Shown: positions 1 to 12,916, counted from the whole stretch's first letter. The stretch: DNA of 61,726 nucleotides, filler included, from Basidiobolus ranarum (GCA_040143965.1; 24 parts of 24 records of this genome joined end to end with filler, not necessarily neighbours in it); one strand, 5' to 3'. Made by a program: numbers and translations. The notes: generated by a model not told the origin, from the letters alone.

Positions 1-2031
1 AGATGGATATTGTAGAAAAAAGAATACCTCCTTTATAAGGGTGGCATGTGGGTATATCTCTCCAATGTCCTAAGCTGATCCTGAGACAGTGTCATAGATG
101 AGCCCTCTGGGGATTTATAAGATATTTTGGTTAATGGATGGCAAAATTGGTTTATTATCAGCTGTCTTCAAGTAATTTCATTATATCAAGTTTACCCTCT
201 GAAAGTTTCAATGCTATTCAAAAAGCATTCAAAATCTAAATCAAAATTGACTTCCAAGCAAATTCTTTCTGGCAGCAAAGGAAAAAAACCAGTAAGAGCA
301 GAGGACTGAATTCATGAGCAGTCTAGTAATCAACTACTCACTCTAGAAGGCATTAACGTGCTGGAAGCTAACTCAAGTAGTGATGAAGTTTTAATCAACT
401 TACCAGATGTGTTCCTTTCCAGCAATAGTAGAAGTGAAGAGATTGTAATGCCCCATTTATATAGTAAATCAAAAGTTCAGCAAAGTTCAACACACACACC
501 GTCAAGACCATCAACTTCCAAACTGGCTAATTTGCCCGCTATTGATCAATGCTCTATAGAAAATTAGGATGGAATTATTACAACAAGGGAATCACATGCA
601 GAACACCATAATGACTTGTATGCAATCATAAATAAAAACTCCAAAGTTGCTATTCAGGCTATGACAAGCAATAACACCCCAATAATGCAATCAATGCAGT
701 GTTTGGAAGCAACTAGTCAACAGTTAGAGAGTCTTTCTACAATGATACAAGACCTTCATATAGAAAATATGGATAGAATTATTACAGCAAGGGAATATCA
801 GGCCACACATCACAATGATTTGTATGCAGTAATTTGCTAAGACTACAACATTGCAATACAGGCCATGACAAGCAATAATGGTGCAATATTGCTATTAATG
901 CAGCGTTCTGAAGCTACTAGTCAACAGTTAGAAAGTCACTCAACAAAGATATATGACCTTCAGAGTATTGTTCTTGTGCTACAGCAACATGTTGCTCATG
1001 AAAGTAGAAATATCATAGAAGAGCCAGCACAGTAAAAGACTCTGAAGGTCAGAGCTGCTGTCACTTGCTCTGAAGATGCATGGTTAAACATTTTGGAAAC
1101 TGTGCCAAATCTTGCCCAAAATCATCTTGACTTGAGCCTATGATGGCAAAATTAAACACCAGAAGTTAGTCTGAATGTTCTTGACTTATTCATGTGGCTT
1201 ATCCTGGGTTTTTGCAAGCAAAAGGCAATTTGGCTAGTGTATGCCTGTTCTTGAAACATCTTAAAAATATATGCAATTATTAACTTGGAAAAGATGAAAG
1301 GCTACCAAAGAAGTACTTGAGGAGCAGGAAGTTAGTAAACTGAAGGAAAAAGCAAAGGATCTGGTGAGTTTAGCCTCTATTGTCCCATTTTGCAAATTCT
1401 TTGCACGCTTACAAAGATCTGCATTTCCAGGGTCAGATATACAAGCAAAAGGCTTATATTTACCACAAAACCAGGCACACTAGCTGGAAGGGTGCTAAAT
1501 TTAGAATTTGAGCAAGCAACTAGCACCTCCCATTAATCAAAAACACCAGTAGATAAAACTTTTGCCTCTCCAACCTCAACTGCTACTTTTCAAAATGAAT
1601 AAATTAGCCCTAAACTGAAAGGCAAGCAAATACCCACACAAACACCACATTCACCCTCAGTAGTGTCACACCACAAGAACATATTGAAGTAGTAGAAATG
1701 CTTGAGGAGAATTTTCAAAAGTATAAAGGGAAGAACACGGTGCAACTATACCAAAAGTGGCTTCTAAGGAAAAATATTCAGCTTGTTATACAGATTGGTG
1801 TTGACTGCACAGATATGTGGTTAGAACAATGTACAGAGTGATACAATATTGCATGCTATATGCCAGATACCTGGAAGAATGTTGATTCAGCGACTTTAAC
1901 ACAATTGTGAGCTGTGATGGAGATATTGACACAAAGTTGTGTTGGATAGAGCTAAACCTTTGCTATGAAGAACTCTAAAAATATTTTCAGGAGAATACAT
2001 GAAATAACCATGGATTTCAAAGGTCACAAAT
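1..2031 (+). mobile_element. Decayed CACTA/Tnp2-like DNA transposon, ORF2 region
   Basis: Colinear homology with 57640-59157, 36725-38588(-) and 20714-22250(-) (TTREYQAxHHNDLYAII motif). Many stops; internal duplication of about 200 bp (558 vs 761). Confidence 0.75.
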
Positions 2032-2486
2032 TGCTAAAAGTGTTTAAGGGACTGGGAAGTTTATTGAACAGGATTTGGATTTGTGAATTAAATACTTAAG
2101 TTTTTTTGAATTGAATGTGTTCTATTTGTAGTTTGCTATGAAATAGGACTACTGGATGTGCTTTGATCACAACAAGCATGCCTGTTAAGCATGGGTAAAA
2201 ATTTGGGGTGATTTGGAGAAGTTTTGAGAAAATAGTGAAAACTGATAAAAGTGATCTAATTCATACTTTTGTCAATTAGAGCAATAAACACATATCTTTC
2301 AATGATGTAGTTGAGGGTTAAATAAATAGAATATAAATAAACTAACTACTAAATAATGAGTTGCTGTTTACCTAATCTCAACATTCCCACTTAACTAATT
2401 ATTTTGTATTTCTCTTAAACCTAACTTGTGACTTCATAATTGAAATTGTGCTTTAGCAAAAGGTTTGGCTAATATATCAGCAATCA
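2032..2486 (-). mobile_element. Ty1/copia 3' end: RNase H tail, PPT and 3' LTR (LTR type 1, 2032-2383)
   Basis: Minus strand reads IADILAKPF.., then the purine tract AAGTGGGAA directly before TGTTGAGA. The LTR is homologous to 49959-50310 and 44983-45332. Confidence 0.85.
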
Positions 2487-2586
2487 NNNNNNNNNNNNNN
2501 NNNNNNNNNNNNNNNNNNNNNNNNNNNNNNTTAATTAATTAANNNNNNNNNNNNNNNNNNNNNNNNNNNNNNNNNNNNNNNNNNNN
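2487..2586. other. Artificial contig-joining linker (44N-TTAATTAATTAA-44N), first of 23
   Basis: The same 100-bp spacer recurs about every 2.58 kb and has stops in all six frames. Flanking contigs decrease monotonically in length (2486 to 2469 bp). Confidence 0.98.
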
Positions 2587-5071
2587 CCAAACCAAAGTGC
2601 CAATACAGAAGACTCTTCTCAATGATAGCTTCAACATTATATATTGGCCTACATGCTTGTTTAAATTTAGTGGAGATCTGTCAAGTTCAAAAAGCTTACT
2701 TCTGGCAGGTCTTTGAGTGAATATGTAAGACAAGTCAACAACTTAGTCCCATATCAGGAGGCTTTTACCTTGCATCCCTTTATTTTGGTCTACTCCAGTT
2801 CAGAATTAAAGCTAATTAAGCTTTTGTCTCTTACAAAACTATCAAAGTTTATGTCCTAAAAATTGGGTTGATAAGTAACTTCTATAAGCTAATCAACAGA
2901 GAAATACAGCATCCCAGAAAACATATTAAAGTCATTTTTAGAGTTACAGCTTGAAATCTGTATATTTAGATACACATCACAAAGACAATAGTCACAAGTG
3001 AACATCATATATGATACTATACATCCATTATCAAACTTGTTTCCACATACATCATTTCCTGGATAAATCTGACTTATTAGTACAAATTATGGGTGAAGAG
3101 ATGCTTACTTCTATTCCAGATCATGGTACCAATTTAGTTAGATTGTGTATGGTGGCTCAAGTCATACAAGTAACAAAGACATCAATTAAAACATTTAAGC
3201 ATTACTTCAAGAATCAAGTCACTATTTGTACTGCAAACAAAATGACTGGTGCCAAGTCATAACTTGTGAAGTTGCTTAATATTATCCTTGTTTAGGTTTA
3301 GTAGGCAGGTTATGGCATTTCTGGATGGAAAAGTAAGAGTGCTCATAAATATTGCTACTGAAGCTTTATATAAATTTATGACTAATCATTTGATCATACA
3401 TTTGTTTTATAAATAGTTGATTCTCCCTTGTTCAGTGTTGAACATGATAAATACAACAACTCTTCTAACTATATCATTATGAATTTTCATCATAAATTGC
3501 AACAAGTACCTAATCACAAGTGCTGACTTTTGAAATGACTAAGTTATTTTGTATTTCTATTTGTATGGATTTGTACTTTTATTTCTGTAGGCCAATACAA
3601 TAATGCACAACTACTTTCTTCTATCAATACCTATCAGATCAAAGTTTACAACCAGCATCAAGAGTTCACAGAAGCATTTAAGTAAATATATTGCTATATT
3701 AATGTATCCTAAAATATAATACAATAGAACCATTACCACAATAATTATAAGCAATCTAAAATTTGTGAATCCTCTCATAATAGCAAGATCAACAATGTTA
3801 TTCTTTATACTTATATTTTTAATGATAACTTTACTTGCATTTTGTTATCAAAACAAATGTACACAAACATTCACCTATTCATATATACACATTTAAATCT
3901 TCTGGTGTATCTACATCTAGTTTTATCTCTTATCCTCATTGTCTTATATATCATGACATTTAATTCACATGAATATAACTATCAAAGGTGTTTATACCAA
4001 ATTATATATAGCAATTTTATAATATGATAAGAGTGGCTTCAATATATACAAGGTTCTAATATGGAGGAAATCTTGCTAAGATCACTGATTGCTAAAAGAA
4101 ATGCTTCAATATTAAGAATCTATGTACAGTTAAACTCTCCTAATGATCAATGATATCATCATGTGGAAATCAAATATGACAGACAGGGTTCTGAACAAAA
4201 AAATAAATCAATACATTCATTGTATTCCCATTAAACAAATAAATATCTTGTAGTGATAATGGCAGAATATTGATAGAAGCTAGTCAGTACAAAATCAACA
4301 AAGAGAGATATGTTGATTAACTTAGATACATTTCTGATAAATATAACTTATTCAAAGCTGAAGCAATTCTTGAGCAATTAATCCAATTGAGCTTTCTAAT
4401 ATTGTACTATATTCAATTTTGATTTACTTTCTTTATCCTGACTACTTTCTTAATTGCTTCCAAGCAAATGAAGTAGAGAATATGGCCAGGCTTTGAGATC
4501 TTGCACATGTCAGGATCATTGTTTACCACTCCATTGAATTTGAGCTTTCAACAATAGAAATGTCAAGCTTGCTAGCTTCTGGAATTTTTCAGGACTTTCC
4601 TTAGTGCAGGTTAAGAACACAAATATAGGTCATTAGATCTTCAACATTAATGATATATTACACTTCCACTATCTTATGTTTGAGTGCTTATTTTAGCTGA
4701 GAAGTTGATGATTTATTTAATATCAGATCAACTATAGCTTTAGTAACTTGTGGATCCATATATTCAACATACTGGAACTTATGTAGTCTTTTCTGATGCT
4801 GGTTAATTAAACTTTGATTTTACAGCATTCTTCTATTCTGATTATCTGGCACAACTTAAATTGCTATCTCATCAGTGGTTGATTGTATGTGAGATGCAAC
4901 ATTATATAAAGTTAATATCAAATAATGTTGATTATGCACATAAGCACCTGAGACTAGTAAAACTTTGTTGGTAGAAAGTTGAAACTTAGTCATACTTGTT
5001 GAATTATCATTAATTAATGATAGTTGACTAATCTTGTAGAATATTAAAATTCCCAAAGGTGAGAGTGATTG
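2587..5071. mobile_element. Highly degenerate nested LTR-retrotransposon relics (gypsy integrase-like, copia integrase-like)
   Basis: Frameshifted remnants resembling YYWP, SDRGTQF and QNDW..EFAYN (+, about 2640-3290) and SDNGxEY (about 4250). Almost no CpG. Confidence 0.45.
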
Positions 5072-5751
5072 NNNNNNNNNNNNNNNNNNNNNNNNNNNNN
5101 NNNNNNNNNNNNNNNTTAATTAATTAANNNNNNNNNNNNNNNNNNNNNNNNNNNNNNNNNNNNNNNNNNNNGGAGTCATCAAGTAACAGCAACGCACTAT
5201 CTGACTCAAATCAATTTGACCAAACTCAAGTCATCGATCAAACCTTGTATCAAACTCAACCAACGACAACCTATATTCAACCGGCAATTCGCCAACGCCA
5301 ACGTAGTGGACGGTATAAGAAATACAGAAAATACCGTCATCACTATCTCAAGCTCAGATATCTTAGTGGTAACAGATATTAACCCATATCATCTATTTCA
5401 TAAGCCATGTCTTGCTGACCTATTCGAATCCTTAACCATATATTGATAAGAATAAATATCTACTTTTCAATGAAGAGATAATTACTAGCAATACAGTTTT
5501 AATGCCACATTTACTGTTCATGTTAATTCTGACAGAACGGTTATGCTGCAGTATTCAGTACTCATCTCACGTTAAAGGCAATACTGGTTGTAGACCTAAA
5601 CTCCTATGTTCAGATTCGAAACTAAATATTTGGTATATAGGAATCCTTCATGGTCAACAGCTGTCTGAATCAAATATCATACATTAGTCAATTTTAATCA
5701 ATTTCTATGCTTGCTTTGACTAAACTGTTAGTTAATATTTCTGTAAAAAAA

Positions 5752-5823
5752 TGCCTACTGCCGGGATTGAACTGGCGACCTTCAGTTTACGAGACTGACG
5801 CGCTACCACGGCGCTAAGCAGGC
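5752..5823 (-). tRNA. tRNA-Thr (anticodon CGT)
   Basis: GCCTGCT acceptor stem pairs with AGTAGGC; D-stem GCGC/GCGC; anticodon arm TCAGT-CTCGTAA-ACTGA; T-loop TTCAATC with one T-stem mismatch; followed by a T7 Pol III terminator. Confidence 0.9.
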
Positions 5824-6481
5824 TTTAGTATTTAACGGTTAGTAATCTGATTTCCAAGTTTATGCCACGTAAACCTACTAAGATAACTAGGAAATTAGGA
5901 ATTAGTAACAACAAGCCAGAATGCACATACTCACCAACACATATAAATACCTGTCATCGCAATGCAATAAAGGGGATTAGGATTACGAGAGAGGAATTAC
6001 GGGAAGAATATTTTTATACCCCTACCTCGAATCTGCAAGATAACTCTCAAAGTTATCTATCCGTATACACCTTACTCTTTAACCGTGTAACAAACTCTGT
6101 TACCTCCACGGAGTTATATCAGGTGAATCGGTAGAATTTGGCGTATAACTTAGAAACAAGGTATAACTCGAGGAAAGTAACGTTTGTTTCTGTCAGGGAA
6201 TTCACGAAAGTAACTAGAGAATGGAGTCACCAGAGAGTGCTCTGCTCAAGTCGATATACATAATGTTTCTTAAATACTTAAAGTGGCTTATTACAATAAC
6301 TATCTTTGGTCATTGATTACTTAGCCTATGGTTAATAATACCAAATCGTAACACTAAATTGCAACAGGCATAATTCAGAATTCTGTTTTTTATCCTGAAT
6401 CATTTGTTGTTTCTCAACCTCTAATGTCAAAACTAATCATCGTTACGAAGCTGGCCTTAAATTTTGTCTCTAATCTCGAAG

Positions 6482-6558
6482 ATGGTTGTCACAACGGTAC
6501 TATTAGCAGATGGGCTAAGAATATGGTTGTCACAACGATACTATTAACGCATGGGCTA
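6482..6558. repeat. Two-copy imperfect tandem duplication, 41-bp period
   Basis: ATGGTTGTCACAACGRTACTATTA...ATGGGCTA at 6482 and 6523. Confidence 0.85.
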
Positions 6559-7437
6559 GTGGAAGTCAACAAGTTGTAGCTGTTCCATTGGAAATCAGTG
6601 AGAGCATGCTAGGCACTTTTTGGAACTAAAATTCTGAATAAGTAGTCTTTAATTTCTTGGCCATTTGGAGAATGATGCTAGCACCTCCAACAATATTGGT
6701 GACAATGATTTTCTCAAATGGAAAGAGGGAGAAATCGTTCAGGTTTTATCCCGAGACATTATAATTGAGGCGAAAAAGGAATTATGGATCAACTGAGATT
6801 TGATCGTAGACCTGTGCGTTGCATCATGTTTATCACTCAACTAAAATTGGGAAGGATTGGTCTAGACATTTTTTAATGGAGCTACATGACACGTTTAAGA
6901 CTGCCAGCAACAAATAAAGACACAAGTATAACACTAGTAATAAGATAGACAAATAATGGGCTTTTATGTTCACAACTTAGACGTAAAGTTATTAAATGAT
7001 ATAATTCCATCTTTCGAATACATCAAGAGTTATCATTTAGGAACTCGCACAAGTATCACTCCTGACTAGCACTGACCGAATCTATTTATGAGAGCAACAT
7101 TTTTAAGCCAAAACAAGTTTTATCTTCATGTAAAATTTACCGCGCTAATTATGAACCATAGCGCCTCCGTAATTTGTCTTCTAACTCCAGTTACATTCCC
7201 AAATGAATAAATGGAAATACCAGCCATGGCCAGATTGTCCAGTGAATTACCTCACTTTGAATGGCAATCTCTGTTACATGTAAACTATTAGCAATGCATT
7301 TCATTAACTTAGTGTATCTTGAATCTTATCAACATCGATCCGAACTTGGTTAGTTTCGAGGCAGGTTTCTCTATTAATATTTATTAAATTGCATAATTCT
7401 CAGTAACAGACCCTCTAACAGTATGTGACACTATTTA

Positions 7438-7654
7438 TCAAAGAGGCAACTTTGGCCCAACATCCTTAGCAGTCAACGGATTGCGCTTGACACGAGCATC
7501 AGAAAGTTCATCAGCACCAATGTCTGGCTTTCCATCGTTGCGAGGTTGTCCTTGAATGTCATCACTAGTTGAGAAAATGGTTTTCACAGCAGAGCTATTA
7601 ACAGCTGGACTTTTGGAGGTCAACAAGTAGTTGCTATTCAATTTGAAGTCAGCT
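7438..7654 (-). CDS. C-terminal fragment of a bacterial-type polysaccharide lyase (PL6 alginate lyase/chondroitinase B-like)
   Basis: SPAVNS..DDIQGQPR..PDIGADE...RNPLTAKDVGP resembles the conserved tail of bacterial PL6 beta-helix lyases. The 5' part is cut by the contig end. Confidence 0.65.
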
Positions 7655-7754
7655 NNNNNNNNNNNNNNNNNNNNNNNNNNNNNNNNNNNNNNNNNNNNTT
7701 AATTAATTAANNNNNNNNNNNNNNNNNNNNNNNNNNNNNNNNNNNNNNNNNNNN

Positions 7755-8475
7755 AGTTATGTCTAATCAGTCAAATATGTGCATATGTAGAGACTAAACA
7801 CAACAAGATTCTTGTATTTTTTGATTCTCATTATGGCTGGAATACAAAGCCTAAAATATCTAAATGAAGGCATGCATATTAATTCGAATTCCTAGAGCAG
7901 TAAACCCAGTAATTTGCCATTCAAAAATTATATTTTTGCAAAGATTGCTGGTTATTGAATAACACATGCCAAATTTGAGGATCAATATTTTAACATGTCT
8001 GCATACCATTAATATACCATCAAGAAACCACCATCACATCATCAAAATCCCTGGTAGAATGCAAGCCAACAATATTGTGACGGTTCTCTGACGGTTTTGC
8101 TGTGTCAGAGGGTGGATCCAATCCGGATCAAGTTGATTTTATTTTTGTTACGATATAAAGAACTCTATAAAAATATTCAAGAGAATATATCAAAGAAACT
8201 AGGAATCTTGAAGGTGACAAATTAGTGTTCTAGTGATAAATATATAAAATTTGAATTATGTTTTTTGCACATGTGTTGATCCATGGTTCTCTGCTATTGT
8301 AGCTAATCATATGCAACTATTTTGCAAGATCTTGAAATTTCACTCATGAAACTGAAAAAATTGATTAAAATCAAATCTAACCTGAAGGTTTTCTGATGGT
8401 AAGTAAAAGGTCAATCCCAAATGAATTAAAATTGTGATAGTTTCATATGATAACAATCCTCAAATTGCTGTTAGG
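7755..8475 (+). mobile_element. CACTA-like element termini: end B (to 8152) nested into ORF2 3' region and end A (to 8475) of another copy
   Basis: 7755-8152 matches about 13330-13721 and 15530-15921 and ends ATTTTTGTTACG. 8153-8475 matches about 49480-49797 and ends TGCTGTTAGG. Confidence 0.7.
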
Positions 8476-10111
8476 GCTCATACTTGAGTTGTTTGATTTC
8501 CAAAAGAGTACAGTGGATTTTAGGATATACTTTAATACAGATAAGGGCAGTAAAGTGATACTTGCCTTATATGTAGATGATCTGATTGTAGCAACCAATA
8601 ATGATGAAGCTTTCAGGAACACCAAAAGGTTTCTATCAGTCCAATTAAAGATGACCAATTTAGGTGAACTGATGTATTTTTTGAGCCTGCAGATTCATCC
8701 AGATATATAAAGCAAATCAATTACTCTGAATCAATGTAAATACATCCCAGACATTACATGAAGAAGAATTTATGCTATTGGCAACTCCCATGAATACATG
8801 TATGTAACTAGTCAAAAATCCCATCAAAAATGAAGAAATTGGCCAAATATGGCTCAATATATGTCATTCAAAAGCCCTGAGCTCCCTTGGCAATCTATGG
8901 TGGATAGTTTGATCTATGCAATGACTGACACCTAGCCAGATATCCCTTTTGCAGTAGGACTAGTTAGCCAGCATGTGCAGAACCCAGGATCTGAGAATTA
9001 TGCAGTGGTTAACCAGACTTTCAGATATTTGAAGGAGACAATTGATCTGGATTAGGATACACAGATTCTTATGAAATCAGGATCTAATTGGGTTTAGTGA
9101 TGCCATTGGGGATAGCATATTGAGGACTGGAGATATATCACTGAATATATCTTTCTCTATAGTGAAGCAGCTATATCTAGGAATAGCAAGAAACAACCCT
9201 CCAGAGCACTTGCAACAACTAAAGCAGAACACATGGCAGCATGACATGCAAAGGAGGCTCTGTGGTTAAGAAAACTATTCAAAGACTTGTGAATTTTTCA
9301 AAGTTCACCCACCACAATTTTCAAGGATAATCAAAGTTGTATTTCTTTAGCTAAAATCCCAAATTTGATACAAGAAGTAAGCACATTGACATTCAACATC
9401 ACTTTATTAGGGAAGCCATTGAGAATAAGCACATCTATTTACAGTACTGTCCAACTGAAGCATGATTGGTGACATCCTTACCAAATCATTACCCAAGCCT
9501 AACTTTGAAGAATTGAGATTTAAGTTAGGATTAGGATATAAGAATATTTAGTTGAGTGGGAGTGTTGAAGTTTACTGACTTTATCATATTTTTTATCTCT
9601 ATCTTTATACACTTGGCTATTTCCTATATCACAGTTAAGTTAGTTAACAATACTTAGTCAAATATCACTTAACTGCAAATTGGAACATGTACTATCAATA
9701 TATGTGAATAATGTGAGAATTAGCAACTTGGTATTGGAGAATTAAAACCTGTCCAAATTGCCTCAAAGATAGCTCATTTCACCCCCACAGATGTTCTGAA
9801 CACAATCCCAGTGTTAGTTTTCTGTATTTCTATGAAAATATATATATGCTTCATTTCTGGAAAATAAATATTTAATGAATAATATGAGAATTAGCAATTC
9901 CATATTGGAAACTTCAAACTCGTCCAAATTGTCCCAAAGATAGCTCATTTTACTCCCACAGTTGTTCTGAACACAACACCAGTGTTAGTTTTCTGTATTT
10001 CCATCAAAAAGTGTAAATGCTTTTTTTCTGGACAATAAACAATTATCTCACAAAGCTACTCCCAACTCCACTTTTCTAAAGTTCCTCCAAACAGCCCATA
10101 TTTTCCCAATA
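8476..10111 (+). mobile_element. Ty1/copia RT-RNase H relic, PPT and 3' LTR (LTR type 3, 9563-10111)
   Basis: LALYVDDLIV RT motif; RNase H motifs (KHIDIQHHFIRE, DILTK); PPT TTGAGTGGGAG then TGTTG. The LTR contains a ~172-bp tandem duplication and ends CCCAATA. Confidence 0.85.
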
Positions 10112-10235
10112 GATAATTGGTTCCATCCAATTTTTCAGCAGAGCAATAGGTTCCATAAATTGAAGTAGGCACTACAGAGAGTGCAAGCATGGGGCTCATA
10201 ACCTGTTCAAGTATTTAAGAGCCTGTTGGAAGTGA
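10112..10235 (-). mobile_element. Copia 5' LTR end (type 2), PBS (10191-10203) and gag start
   Basis: The LTR end is followed by GGTTATGAGCCCC and then the gag motif KLDGTNY. Confidence 0.75.
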
Positions 10236-10524
10236 NNNNNNNNNNNNNNNNNNNNNNNNNNNNNNNNNNNNNNNNNNNNTTAATTAATTAANNNNNNNNN
10301 NNNNNNNNNNNNNNNNNNNNNNNNNNNNNNNNNNNTGTTCCGATTCTGTTCCGACAATTACCAATTGCATCAATCCAATGTATCGAACTCTGACTGACTA
10401 GAATTTTCACTAAATTATTCCATTTGCGTTCACGTGATTCCGGATAGGGTATCTGTGATTTACCAAAAAATGGTTCCTCTAAATCCACTTGAGAACACAC
10501 AAACACACTCCTAAACGTCTCAAC

Positions 10525-10845
10525 ATGGCTTCAGAGACAACCCATTATGTTGAACCTTTCGTCGCAATGAACACACGTTCATTAACATATTGTAGAAGTG
10601 GTATTTCAGCGGTGACAGGTTCCGCTGCTGGTATTTTAGGCCTTACTGGATATACAGGTTTCGTCTTTTACCTTGTAACTGCTTTTATCTCATCTGGTTT
10701 CATTTGGGCGCTGATGACAGACTTTAAACCCGAGATCTACTTCAAGAAAAGTCGTGACGTATGGATTGAAGGTGTATCGGGTGGTTTATTCTCGTATGTA
10801 CTTTTTTGGACTCTTATGTACGGTATCGTTCACGTTTATGAGTAG
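10525..10845 (+). CDS. EMC6: ER membrane protein complex subunit 6 (Rab5-interacting family)
   Basis: 106-aa intronless hydrophobic protein with the family motifs GSAAGILGLTG..GF.FY and LFSYVLFWTL.YG.VHVY. Confidence 0.93.
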   Translation: MASETTHYVEPFVAMNTRSLTYCRSGISAVTGSAAGILGLTGYTGFVFYLVTAFISSGFIWALMTDFKPEIYFKKSRDVWIEGVSGGLFSYVLFWTLMYGIVHVYE

Positions 10846-11356
10846 AATCTTCAACTAACAAAAGGAAAAAATTTACTATTGTACCAATTCAAAACCTTCT
10901 GATACTTTACCATTCATAACTATACACTGGAACTCAACTTGACGAATTGGTGATGAGGGATTTCTTTTTTAAAGAAAGAACGTTCCTTTTGTGATAATAA
11001 AATCAATGTCAACTCTCTATATTCACTTATATTGCGAAATATCCCCTCTCTCGTTAAATTAATTCCCGTGAAGGTATCTTACATGAAATGAAGAGTACAA
11101 TAATTTCACTGTGACATAGATATCATAGTTGGCTGCATATATGAAGAGTTTATATGTATATATCTATATATATCACCAGGACAGGACAGACTGATTCCAT
11201 TAATAAATTTATCAATACGAGTTTATTCAAAATTTCATTACTCTAATCCTACAATATATCTATGGTTCAGGATACTATCCCTCTTCTTGGAGATATATCT
11301 TCCCATTAAATATATTAATGAGACTACTTCCATTCAACAATATCATTCGTTTGTAA

Positions 11357-12408
11357 TTAAGCGTTTAACTTTTCATTCACCAATTGTTCAACGAAATCCC
11401 ACAACTTCTCTGCCTCCTTAGGATCCTGAGCAATCTTAGAGGGAGTGGCAATAATTCCGTAAGGAACGAAATATTCTCCATGGAATTCATTCTCTTCAAT
11501 CTCAGGTGACGTTGCGCAATACAAAGTAGTCAAAGCACCATTGGCAGGAGTTTCAGCGGTATAGTAGAATAAGTTGGAGAATAATCCACCGATGTAAGGC
11601 AAAGAAGTTAAATCTTTGAATAGGTCGGTATTAACAGTACCTGGGTGAACAGCATTCACATAAACCCCCTTTCCTTCTAATCTCTTGGCAAATGCTTTGG
11701 CAAGTAATAGACTTCCTAATTTACTTTGACCGTATGCGGTACCAATGGTAAGACCAGTAGAAATACGATCGTATTGAATACCCCCAGGGAGAATTATTAA
11801 ATGAGCAAGACTGCTTAGGAAAACGATACGTCCGGGTGCAGATTCGACAACCTTGTCAACAAGCAAACGAGTGAAGTGGAAATGACCACATACGTTAATG
11901 GCAAAGTGTTTCTCAATACCATCGGCAGTGAAAGTATCAGCTACAATGGGGTTAGCCATATAACCAGCGTTAAGAATACTACAAAAACAACAGTAAGTAA
12001 AGTTGAAGAATAATCTTGCTTTCATGTGACTTACAGTAAGTGTAAAGGTATGTTTTTGGCTAAGAACTCGTTGGCGGCCTTTTCAACTGACTTGAAATCG
12101 GCCAAATCTAAAGACAAGAACTCAACATCTTGGTTTCCAGTTTCAGCCTTAATACGATCAATGGCTTGAAGAGAATTCTTCTCATTTCGGGAAGCCATAA
12201 TGACCTTGGCATTTTTTCTGGCTAACTCGAGACAAGTAGAGTAACCTATTCCAGTGTTACCGCCAGTAACCAGAGCTACCTAAATTCATATATGTTCAAG
12301 TTAAACCTAGAACATATGTAACTACCAAGTGTTGGTTTAATTTACCTTGTTGCTAAGGTCTGGAATGGAATCCACGTCGAAATTTTTGGTAAAAGAGAAT
12401 AAGCCCAT
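11357..12408 (-). CDS. Short-chain dehydrogenase/reductase (retinol dehydrogenase/WWOX-like); exons 12346-12408, 12035-12279, 11357-11978
   Basis: IPDLSNK|VALVTGGNTGIG, LILNAG, catalytic YGQSK and AVHPG. Removing two GT-AG introns (66 and 56 nt) restores the frame. Confidence 0.92.
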
Positions 12409-12916
12409 GTTGAATGATGAAGTATTCACAAGTACGAGATACTACTTTATAAACCATTCCAAGACTCATTTTGATCGAGTCCCATTGGCTCCAATAAATG
12501 AGTCCATTAAATTCGGTACGAGAGGTATAACCGATTCGTACCTAACCGCTCGTTCTCGACTAGCTCCAATTGTCGAACTTGGCACTTTCACATGGCATGT
12601 TCAAAACGTATCACTTGAAAATTCCCCATTATCGATCGGATCGCATTCTATGCATATAAATGTAAAACCAAGTAAATCAAATGCAGTAACGTTAAATTTT
12701 TTGTTTGTTTTTGATCATCCCAGGTTCAGTGATTGCTTGAAGTAGGGTTAGGGTTTATCCAAATTGAATTGCATAGCATGAAATCAGTTTATAAGTTTAT
12801 GGGATACACGATTGCCNNNNNNNNNNNNNNNNNNNNNNNNNNNNNNNNNNNNNNNNNNNNTTAATTAATTAANNNNNNNNNNNNNNNNNNNNNNNNNNNN
12901 NNNNNNNNNNNNNNNN

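Noticed and set aside
2487-2586. Regularly spaced TTAATTAATTAA palindrome suggesting an array with ~2.5-kb spacers
   Set aside because: It is an artificial linker embedded in Ns. ORFs ending in X..LIN are artefacts, and no cross-contig gene neighbourhoods can be inferred.
6482-6558. Repeat pair as a possible CRISPR array
   Set aside because: Two imperfect tandem copies with essentially no unique spacer.
6600-6730. Weak kinase-like (CK2-type) peptide on the minus strand
   Set aside because: Too short, contains a stop, and has no flanking kinase motifs.
12743-12754. TAGGGTTAGGGT telomere-like motif
   Set aside because: Only two units and internal to the contig; compatible with chance.
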